Assembly: GCA_026770705.1 (NCBI GenBank)
Contig: JANJGN010000016.1
Location: 88,040,001 to 88,104,000 of the forward strand
DNA from: Isurus oxyrinchus
Lineage: Eukaryota
Direction: 5' to 3'
Length of the DNA stretch: 64,000 nt
Numbering within the stretch: position 1 is the stretch's first letter; every line of letters begins with the position of its first letter. Both the position numbers and the translations under genes were made by a program. Shown here piece by piece: positions 35,201 to 47,200 of this stretch. Under the pieces are notes generated by a model. The model made no database searches. It was not told where the DNA came from and was given only the letters and a program-made list of their open reading frames with translations.

Positions 35201-38200
35201 ATGCCGGGGGTGGTGGGGTAGGAGATGCTGGGAGTGGGTGATGCCAGTGTTGGAAGTGTGGCTGTTGCTGGGGGTGGGGGTGGTGGGTGATGCCATGGGT
35301 AGGGGGGTGTGTAATGCCGGGGGTGGGTGATACCAGGGTTGGGGGCTGGGTGATGCCGTGTTTGTGGGGTGGTTGATGCCGGGGATGGGGGGGGTGGTGG
35401 ATGGTGGTGGGGGTGGGGTAGGGTGGATAATGCCAGGGTGGGAGGGGGTGTGTGATGCCGGTGGTAGGGTTTGGGTCATGCCATGGGTGGGTGATGGCAG
35501 GGTTGGGGGGGCAGGTGATGCTTGGTGTGGGTGGGGTTTGGCTGATGCTGAGTGTTGGGTGGTGGGTGATGCTGTGGATGGGTTTTGGCTGAATGCCGAG
35601 GGTTGGGGAGTGAGGGACCCATGGGTAGGGGGTTGGGTGACGCTGAGGGTGAGGCAGTGTGTAATGCCAGAGGTTGGGGGTTGGAAGATGCTGGGGGCGA
35701 GGGGGTGGTTGATGCCGGGCGTGTGGGGGGTGGTGATGCCGGGGTAGGGGTTGTGGGTGATGCTGGGAGTTACGGTGGGGGATGTGGGTGATGCCGGCAG
35801 TGGTGGTGTGGGTGATGTCGGTTTTGTGGGAGGGGGCTGTGTGATTCCAAGGGTGAGGGGGTGGGTGATGGGCGTGGGTGATGCCAGGGGTGGGATGGTG
35901 GGTCATGCCAGAGGGTGGGGGAATAGGTGATGCCGGGGTTGTGGGCATGGGGTACGGGGTGGGCGATACCGTGGGTTGGGGGGTGGTTGATGCCTGGGAT
36001 GGGGGCCTGGGTGATGCCAGGGGTGGGGAGTGGGTAATGCCAAAGTTGGGGGTGTGGGTGATGCTGGTGCTGGGTGTTGGGTGATTCCATGGGTGGGGTT
36101 TGGCTGACTCCGGGTGTCGGGTGGTGGGTGATACTGCGCGTGGGAGTTGGCTGATGCCGGGGGTGGTGGATGAGGGACCCATGGGTGGGGAGTTGGGTGA
36201 TGCTGGGTGTGAGGGGGTGGGTAATGCCGGGCATGAGGGGGTGGTGATGCCGGGGTAGGGGGTGTGGGTGATGCCAGGAGTGGGGTTGGGAGTTGTGGGT
36301 AATGCCGGGGATGGTGGGAGTGGGTGATGCCGGGAGTGGTTGATGCCAGTGATGGCGGTGTGGGTGTTGCTGGGGGTGAGGGGCAGGTGATACCGGGGGT
36401 GGGGGTGGTGGGTTATGCCGGTGGTGGTGAGGTGGGTGATGCCCGGAGTGGGGGGTGTGGGTGTTGCCGGGTGTGGGGGAGTGGTTGATGCCGGGGATGG
36501 GATGTGGGTGATGCTGGGTGTGTGGGGGGGTTGGATGATGCCGGGGGTAGGGGGGTGGGTGATGCCGGGTGTGGGGGCATAGGTGAGGCCGGGGGTGGGG
36601 GGGTGTGTGATGTCGGGGGTGAGGGATTATGTTATGCTGGGGGTGGGGATGGTGGGTGATGCCGGGGGTAGGGGGTGGGTGATGCCGGGGGTGGGGTCGT
36701 GGCTGATGCCGAAGTGGGGTGTTGGTGATGCCAGGGGTGGTGGGTGAGGAACCCATGGATGGGGGTTGGTGTGTAATGCCGGGCGTGATGGCGTGGTTAA
36801 TGCTGGGGATGGGGTGCTGGGTGATGCCAGGATTGTGTGTGTGAGTGTTGCTGGGGTGAGAGGGTGGCTGATGCTGAGGGTGGGGGTGGGGGTGGTGGGT
36901 GATGTCGGGTGTAGGGGGGTGATTGATGCCGGGATTGGGTGCTGCCAGGGTTGGTGGGGTGGGTGATGCTGGGAGTGGAGTTGGGGGGGTGGTTGGTGAT
37001 GCCGGGGGTAAGGGGAGTGGTGTGGCGGCTATGGGTGTGTGGGTAATGCCGGTGGTGAGGGGTTGGGTGATGCTGGGGTTTTGGGGGTGGGTGATGCCGT
37101 GGGTGGGTGGGTGGGTGATGCCCGGAGTGAGTGTTTGTGTGATGCCAGGGTGGGGGTTTGAGTGATGCTGGGGTTGAGGGGGTGGGTGATGACGAGGGTA
37201 GGGGTGTGGTTGGGTGATGCCGGGGGTAGGGGGGGTTGGTTGATGCTGGGTGTGGGCGAGTGGGCGGTGCTCGGGTTGGATGGGGTTGGGGTTGGGGTGT
37301 TGTGTGATGCCAGGGGTGAGGGGGGGTGGGCGATGCCGGGGGTGGTGGGGTCCGATGATGCCAGGGGTGGGGAGTTGGGTGATGCCTGGGGTAGGGTGGT
37401 GAGTGAGGCCGGTAGTGGGAGGGTGGTTGATGCCAGGGATGGGGGGCAGGGTGATGCCAGTGGTGGGGGTGTGGGTGATGCCGGGGTGGGTGTTTGAGTG
37501 ATGCCGGGGCTGATGCTGGGGGTGGGGGTGAGGGAACCATGGGTGAGGATTGGGTGATGCCAGGGGTGGGGGAGTGGGTGATACCAGGTGTGAGGGGGTG
37601 GGTGATGCCAGAGTAGGGGGTGTGGGTGATGCCGGGTGTGGGGGGGTGGTTGATGCTAGGGATGGGGGCCTGGATGATGCCAGGTGTGGGGGAGTGTGTG
37701 ATGCCGGTGGTGGTGCTGTGGGTGATTCCGGGAGTTGGGGGTGCGGTTGGTGATGCCAGAGGTGGGGGTTCGGTGATGACGGGGGTGGGGGTTGGGTGAT
37801 GCCATGGGTGGGGGCTTGGATAATGCCGTGGGTGGGGTGCTAGTTGATGCCGTGGGTGGCTGGGTGGGTGATGCCGGGAGTGAGTGTTTGTGTGATGCCG
37901 GTGTGGGTGTTTGAGTGATGCCGGGGTTGAGGGGGTGGGTGGTGCCGTGGGTAGGGGTGTGGTTGGGTGATGCCGGGGATAAGGGGTGTTGGTTGATGCC
38001 GAGGATGGGGGGCTGGGTGATGCCAGGGGTGGTGGAGTGGGTAATGCCAGTGGTGGGTGTGTGGGTGATGCCGGTGGTTGGGGTTGGTTGATGCCATGGG
38101 TGGGGGCTTGGATAATGCCGTGGGTGGGGTGCTAGGTGATGCCATGGGTGGGTGGGTGGGTGATGCCGGGAGTGAGTATTTGTGTGATGCCGGGGTGGGT

Positions 38201-41200
38201 GTTTGAGTGATGCCGGGGTTGAGGGGGTGGGTGGTGCCGTGGGTATGGGTATGGTTGAGTGATGCCGGGGGTAAGGGGCGTTGGTTGATGCCGAGGGTGG
38301 GGGAGTGGGTAATGCCAGTGGTGGGGGTGTGGGTGATGCCGGTGGTTGGGGTTGGGTGATGCCATGGAAGGGGGCCTGGATAATGCCGTGGGTGGGGTGC
38401 TAGGTGATGCCAGGGGTGGGTGGCGTGGGTGATGCTGGGGATGGGTGATGCCAGTGTTGGGGGGTGTTGGGTGAAGCCAGGAGAGAGGGGATATGTGATG
38501 CCGGTGTTGGTGGTGGTGGGTGTTGCCAGAGGTGGGTGGGTGGGTGTTGCCGGGGGTGAATGATGCCGGACGTTGGGGGGGTTGGTGATGCCGGGGATGG
38601 GGCGATGGGTCAAGCCGGGTGTGGGTGATGTCGGCGGTGGGGGGGCGTGGGTGATGCCGGGGGGAGATGGTGGCTGATGCCGGGGGTGGGGGGGGGTGTT
38701 GAAGCCGGGGGTGAGGTGGTGTGTGATGCCGGGGGTGAGGTGGTGTGTGATGCCAGGTATGGGGTGTTGGGTAATGTCGGGGGTGCGGGGTTGGGTGATG
38801 CCGGGGGCGGTGGGGTGTGTGATGCCGGGAGTGAGGGTCCGGGTGATGTTGGGGTGGGGTTTGAGTGATGCCAGGGATGAGGGGGTGAGTGATGCCGTGG
38901 GTTGGGGGGTGGGTGGGTGATGCCAGGTGTGGGGGCGTGGGTTATGCCGGGGTTGGAGGGGCGGGTGATGCCGGGGGTGAGGGTGTGGATAATGCTGGGG
39001 TTGGAGGGGCGGGTGATGCCGAGTGTGACTGGGTGTGTGATGCCGGGGGTGAGGGTGTGGGTGATGCTTGGGGTTTTGGGTGGGTGATGCCAGATGTGGG
39101 GGGGGGGGGGTGAGTGATGCCAGGGATGGGGCAATAAGTTATGTCGGGGGTGGGGTGGGTGGGTGATGCCAGTGTTGCGGGTGTAGGTGTTGCTGGGGAT
39201 GAGATGATGGGTGATGACGGGGGTGGGGGTGGGCGTTGTAGGTGATGCCGGTGGTGGTGGTGGTGTGGTTGATGCTGGGAGTCGGGGGGGGGGGGGGTAG
39301 GTGGGTGATTCCAGTGTTGGGGGGGGTGCGTGTATCTGGCGGTGAGGAGGTGGATGATGCTGAGGGTGGGGGTGGTGGGTGATGCCAGGGGTGGGTGATG
39401 CCAGTGTTGGTGGAGTGGGTGTTGCTGGCAGTGAGGGGGTGGGTGATGCTGAGGTTGGGTGTGGTGGGTGATGCCGGGGTTGTGGGGAGTTGGGTGAAGC
39501 CAGGGGGGAGGGGATATGTGATGCCAGTGTTGGTGGTGGTGGGTGTTGCCGGAGGTGGGGGTGTGGGTGATGCCAGGGGTGAGAGGGTGGGTGATGCTGG
39601 GGCTGAGATGGTGGGTGAGGCTGGGGGTGGGTGGGTGATGCCAGTGTTGGGGGTGTGGGTGTTGCTGGGGGTGAGGATGTGGGTGATGCCAGGGGTGGGG
39701 TTGGTGGGTGATGCCAGGGGTGGTTGATGCCAGGTTTGGGAGGGTGACTGATGCTGGGTGTGGGGTGAAGGAACCGTGGGTGGGGGTTGGGTGATGCCAT
39801 GGTTGAGGGAGTTTTTAATGCCGGAAGTGGGGGAGTGGGTGATGCCGGGGGTGAGTGTGTAGGTGATGCCGAGAGTGGGGGGTGAGTGTTGTGGGTGATG
39901 CTGGGGTTGAGGGCTTGGCTGATTGTGGGGGTGGAGGGGGTGGGTGATGCCGGGTGTGGGGGAATAGGTGAGTCCGGGGGTGGGGGGAGTGTGTGATGCC
40001 TGGTGTGAGGGGGTGTGTGATGCCAGGGGTGGGGCAATAGGTTCTGCCGGGGGGTGGGGTGGGTGGCTGATGCCGGGTTTGTGGGCATGGGTGATGCCGG
40101 AGGTAGGGGGTGGGTGATGCCAGAGGTGGGGGTGTTGGTTATGCCGGGTGTGGTGGGTGAGGGATCCGTGGGTGGGGGGATGTGCGATGCCGGGGGTGAT
40201 GGAGTGGGTAATGCTGGAGATGGGGTGTTGGGTGATGCCCGGGATCGGGGAATGGGTGTGAGGGGGTGGATGATGCCGGGGTAGGGGGTGTGGGTGATGC
40301 CGGGGTTGTGGCCATGGTGATGCCTGGGGTAGGGGGGTGGGTGATGCCGGGGGCGGGGGTAATAGGTGATGCCGGTGGTGGGGGGCTGGTTGATGCCGGG
40401 GGTGGGGGATGAGTGATGCCGGGGTTGTGGGCGTAGGTGAAGTCTGCGGTAGGCTGGTGTTTGATGCCGAGGATGGTGGGCTGGTGATGCCGGGGGTGGG
40501 GGATCGGGTAATGGCAGAGTTGGGGGTGTGGGTGATGCCGGTGGTTGGGGTTGGGTGATGCCCTGGGTGGGGGCCTGGATAATGCCTTGGGTGGGGGGGG
40601 GCGAGGTGATGCCGGGTGTGGGGGAATGGGTGATTCCGGAGGTGGTGGGGTGGGTGATGTCGGGAGTGGGGTGTGTAGGTGATGCCAGTGTTGGGGGTGT
40701 GGGTCATGACAGGGTTGGGGTGGTGGGTGATGCCGTGGTGAGGGTGTGTGTGATGCCGGGGGTGAGGGGCTGTTTGATGCCGGGGCTGAGATGGTGAGTG
40801 ATGCCGTGGCTGGGGCGGTGTGATGCCGTGGGTGAGGGGGTGGGTGATGCCGGGTATGGGGTGGTGGGTAATGTCGGGGTGTGCGGGGTTGGGTGAGGCC
40901 AGGTGTGAGGCTTTGTGTGATGCCAGGGTGGGGGTTTGAGTGATGCCGGGGCTGAGGGTGTGGGTGATGCCGTGGGTGCGGGTGTGGATGGGTGATGCCG
41001 GGGGTGGGGGGGTGGGTGATGCCTGGGGTGTCATGGTGCGTGATACTGGGGTTGAGGGGGTGGGTGATGCCGGGGATGGGATGGTGGGTGATGCCGGGGG
41101 GTGGGGGAATAGGTGATGCCGGGGATGGGAGGGTGGGTGATGCCGGCGGGGGGAAGCGGGTAATGGCAGAGGTAGGGGTGTGGGTGATGCTGGTGGTTGG

Positions 41201-44200
41201 TGTTGGGTGATGCCGTGGGTGGGGGCCTGGATAATGCCTTGGGTGGGGGGGTTTAGGTGATGCCAGGTGTGGGGGGGTGGTTGATGCCAGAGGTGGTGGG
41301 GTGGGTGATGCCAGGAGTGGGGTGTGTAGGCGATGCCAGTGTTGGGGGTGTGGGTGATGCTGGGGTCGGGGCTGGTGGGTGATGCCAGGAGTGGGAGAGT
41401 GGATGATGCTGGTGGGGTGGGGTGTTTGGTGAAGCCAGTGGTGAGGTGGTGTGTGATGTTGGGGGTGGGGCTGGTGGGTGTTGCCTGGGGTGAGGGGGTG
41501 GTTGATGCCGGGGTGGGGCGATTGGTGATGCCTGGTTTGGGGGGGTGGGTAATGCTGGTGGTGAGGGGTTGAGTGATGATGGGGGTGGCTGATGCCGGGG
41601 CTGGTGGGGTGTGTGATGTCAGTAGTGAAGGGGTGGGTGATGCCAGAGTAGGGGGTGTGGGTGATGCCGGGAGTGGGGGAACAGGTGAGGCTGGGGGTGG
41701 GGGGTGTGTGTGGTGCCAGAGGTGGGGTGGGTGATGCCGGGGTTGGGGGGTGTGGTGATGCCGAGTGTGGGGGAATAGGTGATGCCTGGGGCAGGTTGTG
41801 GGTGATGCCGGGGATGAGGGTGTGAGTGATGCCGGTGTTGTAGGCGTGGGTGATGCCTGGTGTAGGGGATTGGGTGATGCCGGGTGTTGGGGGGTGTTTA
41901 GTGCCGGGGATGGGGGGGCTGGGTGATGCCGGGGGTGGGGGGTACAGGTAATGGCAGAGGTTTGGGGGTGGGTGATGCCGGGGTTGGGGGTTGTGGTGAT
42001 GCCTGGTATGGGGGGAGTGTAATGCCGGTGGTGAGGGGTCGTGTGATGCTGGGGATGGGTGATGCAGGGGCTAGTGGGGCGTGTGATGCCGGGGTTGAGG
42101 GGGGTGAGTGATGACGTAGGTGGGGTTTTGGGTGATGCTGGGGGTGAGGGGATGCGTGATGCAATGGGTGGGGGGTGTGGTTGGTTGATACCAGGGGTGT
42201 GGAGGGGTGGTTGATGCCGGGGATGGTGGGGTGGTTGATGCCGGGGGTGGGGGGAGCGGGTAATGGCAGAGGTGGGGGTTGTGGGTGATGCCGGGTTGGG
42301 GTGTTGGGTGATGCCGTGGTGAGGGTTTGAGTGATGCCAGGTGTGGGGGTTGTGGGTGATGTCGTGGTGAGGGTGTGTATGATGCCGGGGGTGAGGGGCT
42401 GGTGGATGCCGGGGCTGAGATGGTAGGTGATGCCGGGGGTGGGGGGGTGTGATGCCTGGGGTTGGGGGGGGGTGTGATGCCATGGGTGAGGGATGGGTGA
42501 TGCCGGGTATGGGGTGGTGGGTAATGTCGGGTGTACGGGGTTGGGTGAGGCCAGGTGTGAGGGTTTGTGTGATGCCGGGGTGGGGGTTTGAGTGATGCAG
42601 GGGGTGAGGGTGTGGGTGATGCCGTGGGTGCGGGTGTGGATGGGTGATGCCGGTGGTGGGGGAGGGTGTGATTGATGCCAGGGATGTGGGGAAGGGTGAT
42701 GCCGGGGGTGGAGGTGGTGGGTGATGCCGGGGGTGGGGGGGGGTGCGTGATGCCGGGGATGACGTGATGCGTGATGCTGGGATTGAGGGCATGGGTGATG
42801 CCGGGGATGGGATGGTGGGTGATGCCGAGTGTGGGGGAATAGGTGATGCCTGGGGTAGGTTGTGGGTGATGCCGGGGATGAGGGTGTGAGTGATGCCGGT
42901 GTTGTGGGCATGGGTGATGCCTGGTGTAGGGGATTGGGTGATGCCGGGTGTTGGGGGGTGTTTAGTGCCGGGGATGGGGGGGCTGGATGATGCCGGAGGT
43001 GGGGGTACAGGTAATGGTAGAGGTGGGGGTGTGGGTGATGCTGGTGGTTGGGGTTGGTGATGCCGGGGGTAGGGGCCTGGATAATGCCATGGGTGGGGGG
43101 CTAAGTGATGCCAGGTGTGGGGGGGGGGGGGGTGGTTGATGCCGGAGGTGGTGGGGTGGGTGATGCTGGGAGTGGGGTGTGTAGGTGATGCCAGTGTTGG
43201 GGGTGTGGGTGATGCTGGGGTCGGGGGCTGGTGGGTGATGCCGGGAGTGGGAGAGTGGATGATGCTGGTGGGGTGGGGTGTTTGGTGAAGCCAGTGGTGA
43301 GGTAGTGTGTGATGTTGGGGGTGGGGCTGGTGGGTGTTGCCTGGGGTGAGGGGGTGGTTGATGCCGGGGTGGGGCGATTGGTGATGCCTGGTTTGGGGGG
43401 GTGGGTAATGCTGGTGGTGAGGGGTTGAGTGATGATGGGGGTGGCTGATGCCGGGGCTGGTGGGGTGTGTGATGTCAGTAGTGAAGGGGTGGGTGATGCC
43501 AGAGTAGGGGGTGTGGGTGATGCCGGGAGTGGGGGAACAGGTGAGGCTGGGGGTGGGGGGGTGTGTGTGGTGCCAGAGGTGTGGGGGTGGGTGATGCCGG
43601 GGTTGGGGGGTGTGGTGATGCCGAGTGTGGGGGAATAGGTGATGCCTGGGGCAGGTTGTGGGTGATGCCGGGGATGAGGGTGTGAGTGATGCCGGTGTTG
43701 TGGGCATGGGTGATGCCTGGTGTAGGGGATTGGGTGATGCCGGGTGTTGGGGGGTGTTTAGTGCCGGGGATGGGGGGGCTGGATGATGCCGGAGGTGGGG
43801 GTACAGGTAATGGTAGAGGTGGGGGTGTGGGTGATGCTGGTGGTTGGGGTTGGTGATGCCGGGGGTAGGGGCCTGGATAATGCCATGGGTGGGGGGCTAA
43901 GTGATGCCAGGTGTTGGGGGGGGGGTGGTTGATGCCGGAGGTGGTGGGGTGGGTGATGCTGGGAGTGGGGTGTGTAGGTGATGCCAGTGTTGGGGGTGTG
44001 GGTGATGCTGGGGTCGGGGGCTGGTGGGTGATGCCGGGAGTGGGAGAGTGGATGATGCTGGTGGGGTGGGGTGTTTGGTGAAGCCAGTGGTGAGATAGTG
44101 TGTGATGTTGGGGGTGGGGCTGGTGGGTGTTGCCTGGGGTGAGGGGGTGGTTGATGCCGGGGTGGGGCGATTGGTGATGCCTGGTTTGGGGGGGTGGGTA

Positions 44201-47200
44201 ATGCTGGTGGTGAGGGGTTGAGTGATGATGGGGGTGGCTGATGCCGGGGCTGGTGGGGTGTGTGATGTCAGTAGTGAGGGGGTGGGTGATGCCAGAGTAG
44301 GGGGAGTGGGTGATGCCGGGAGTGGGGGGTGTGTGTGGTGCCAGAGGTGTGGGGGTGGGTGATGCCGGGGTTGGGGGGTGTGGTGATGCCGAGTGTGGGG
44401 GAATAGGTGATGCCTGGGGCAGGTTGTGGGTGATGCCGGGGATGAGGGTGTGAGTGATGCCGGTGTTGTGGGCGTGGGTGATGCCTGGTGTAGGGGATTG
44501 GGTGATGCCGGGTGTTGGGGGGTGTTTAGTGCCGGGGATGGGGGGCTGGGTGATGCCGGGGGTGGGGGGTACAGGTAATGGCAGAGGTTTGGGGGTGGGT
44601 GATGCCGGGGTTGGGGGGTGTGGTGATGCCTGGTATGGGGGGAGTGTAATGCCGGTGGTGAGGGGTCGTGTGATGCTGGGGATGGGTGATGCAGGGGCTA
44701 GTGGGGCGTGTGATGCCGGGGTTGAGGGGGTGAGTGATGACGTAGGTGGGGTTTTGGGTGATGCTGGGGGTGAGGGGATGCGTGATGCAATGGGTGGGGG
44801 TGTGGTTGGGTGATACCAGGGGTGTGGAGGGGTGGTTGATGCCGGGGATGGTGGGGTGGTTGATGCCGGGGCTGGGGGAGCGGGTAATGGCAGAGGTGGG
44901 GGTTGTGGGTGATGCCGGGTTGGGGTGTTGGGTGATGCCGTGGTGAGGGTTTGAGTGATGCCAGGTGTGGGGGTGTGGGTGATGTCGTGGTGAGGGTGTG
45001 TATGATGCCGGGGGTGAGGGGCTGGTGGATGCCGGGGCTGAGATGGTAGGTGATGCCGGGGGTGGGGGGTGTGATGCCTGGGGTTGGGGGGGGTGTGATG
45101 CCATGGGTGAGGGATGGGTGATGCCGGGTATGGGGTGGTGGGTAATGTCGGGTGTACGGGGTTGGGTGAGGCCAGGTGTGAGGGTTTGTGTGATGCCGGG
45201 GTGGGGGTTTGAGTGATGCAGGGGGTGAGGGTGTGGGTGATGCCGTGGGTGCAGGTGTGGATGGGTGATGCCGGTGGTGGGGGAGGGTGTGATTGATGCC
45301 AGCGATGTGGGGAAGGGTGATGCCGGGGGTGGAGGTGGTGGGTGATGCCGGGGGTGGGGGGGGTGCGTGATGCCGGGGATGGGATGGTGGGTGATGCCGA
45401 GTGTGGGGGAATAGGTGATGCCTGGGGTAGGTTGTGGGTGATGCCGGGGATGAGGGTGTGAGTGATGCCGGTGTTGTGGGCATGGGTGATGCCTGGTGTA
45501 GGGGATTGGGTGATGCCGGGTGTTGGGGGGTGTTTAGTGCCGGGGATGGGGGGGCTGGATGATGCCGGAGGTGGGGGTACAGGTAATGGTAGAGGTGGGG
45601 GTGTGGGTGATGCTGGTGGTTGGGGTTGGGTGATGCCGGGGGTAGGGGCCTGGATAATGCCATGGGTGGGGGGCTAAGTGATGCCAGGTGTGGGGGGGGG
45701 GGGTGGTTGATGCCGGAGGTGGTGGGGTGGGTGATGCTGGGAGTGGGGTGTGTAGGTGATGCCAGTGTTGGGGGTGTGGGTGATGCTGGGGTCGGGGGCT
45801 GGTGGGTGATGCCGGGAGTGGGAGAGTGGATGATGCTGGTGGGGTGGGGTGTTTGGTGAAGCCAGTGGTGAGGTAGTGTGTGATGTTGGGGGTGGGGCTG
45901 GTGGGTGTTGCCTGGGGTGAGGGGGTGGTTGATGCCGGGGTGGGGCGATTGGTGATGCCTGGTTTGGGGGGGTGGGTAATGCTGGTGGTGAGGGGTTGAG
46001 TGATGATGGGGGTGGCTGATGCCGGGGCTGGTGGGGTGTGTGATGTCAGTAGTGAGGGGGTGGGTGATGCCAGAGTAGGGGGTGTGGGTGATGCCGGGAG
46101 TGGGGGAACAGGTGAGGCTGGGGGTGGGGGGTGTGTGTGGTGCCAGAGGTGTGGGGGTGGGTGATGCCGGGGTTGGGGGGTGTGGTGATGCCGAGTGTGG
46201 GGGAATAGGTGATGCCTGGGGCAGGTTGTGGGTGATGCCGGGGATGAGGGTGTGAGTGATGCCGGTGTTGTGGGCGTGGGTGATGCCTGGTGTAGGGGAT
46301 TGGGTGATGCCGGGTGTTGGGGGGTGTTTAGTGCCGGGGATGGGGGGCTGGGTGATGCCGGGGGTGGGGGTACAGGTAATGGCAGAGGTTTGGGGGTGGG
46401 TGATGCCGGGGTTGGGGGGTGTGGTGATGCCTGGTATGGGGGGAGTGTAATGCCGGTGGTGAGGGGTCGTGTGATGCTGGGGATGGGTGATGCAGGGGCT
46501 AGTGGGGCGTGTGATGCTGGGGTTGAGGGGGTGAGTGATGACGTAGGTGGGGTGTTGGCTGATGCTGCGGGTGAGGGGATGCGTGATGCCGTGGGTGGGG
46601 GTGTGGTTGGGTGATACCAGGGGTGTGGGGGGGTGGTTGATGCCGGGGATGGTGGGGTGGTTGATGCCGGGGGTGGGGGAGCGGGTAATGGCAGAGGTGG
46701 GGGTTGTGGGTGATGCCGGGTTGGGGTGTTGGGTGATGTTGGGAGTGGGGTGTGTAGGTGATGCCAGTGTTGGGGGTGTGGGTGATGCTGGGGTTGGGGG
46801 AGTAGGTGATGCTGGTGGGGTGGGGTGTTTGGTGAAGCCAGTGGTGAGGTGGTGTGTGATGTTGGGTGTGGGGCTGGTGGGTGTTGCCTGGGGTGAGGCG
46901 GTGGGTGATGCCGGGGGTGAGGCGATTGGTGATGCCTGGTTTGGGGGGGTGGGTAATGCCGGTGGTGAGGGGTTGTGTGATGATGGGGGTGGCTGATGCT
47001 GGGGCTGGTGGGGTGTGTGATGCCAGTAGTGAGGGGGTGGGTGATGCCGGAATAGGGGGTGTGGGTGATGCCAGGAGTGGGGTTGGGTGTTGTGGGTGAT
47101 GCCGGTGTTGGGAGCTTGGCTGATGCCGGAGGTGTGGGGGGTGAGTGATGCCGGGGGTGGGGGGGGTGGGTGATTCCGTGGGTAGGGGGGTGGGTGATGC

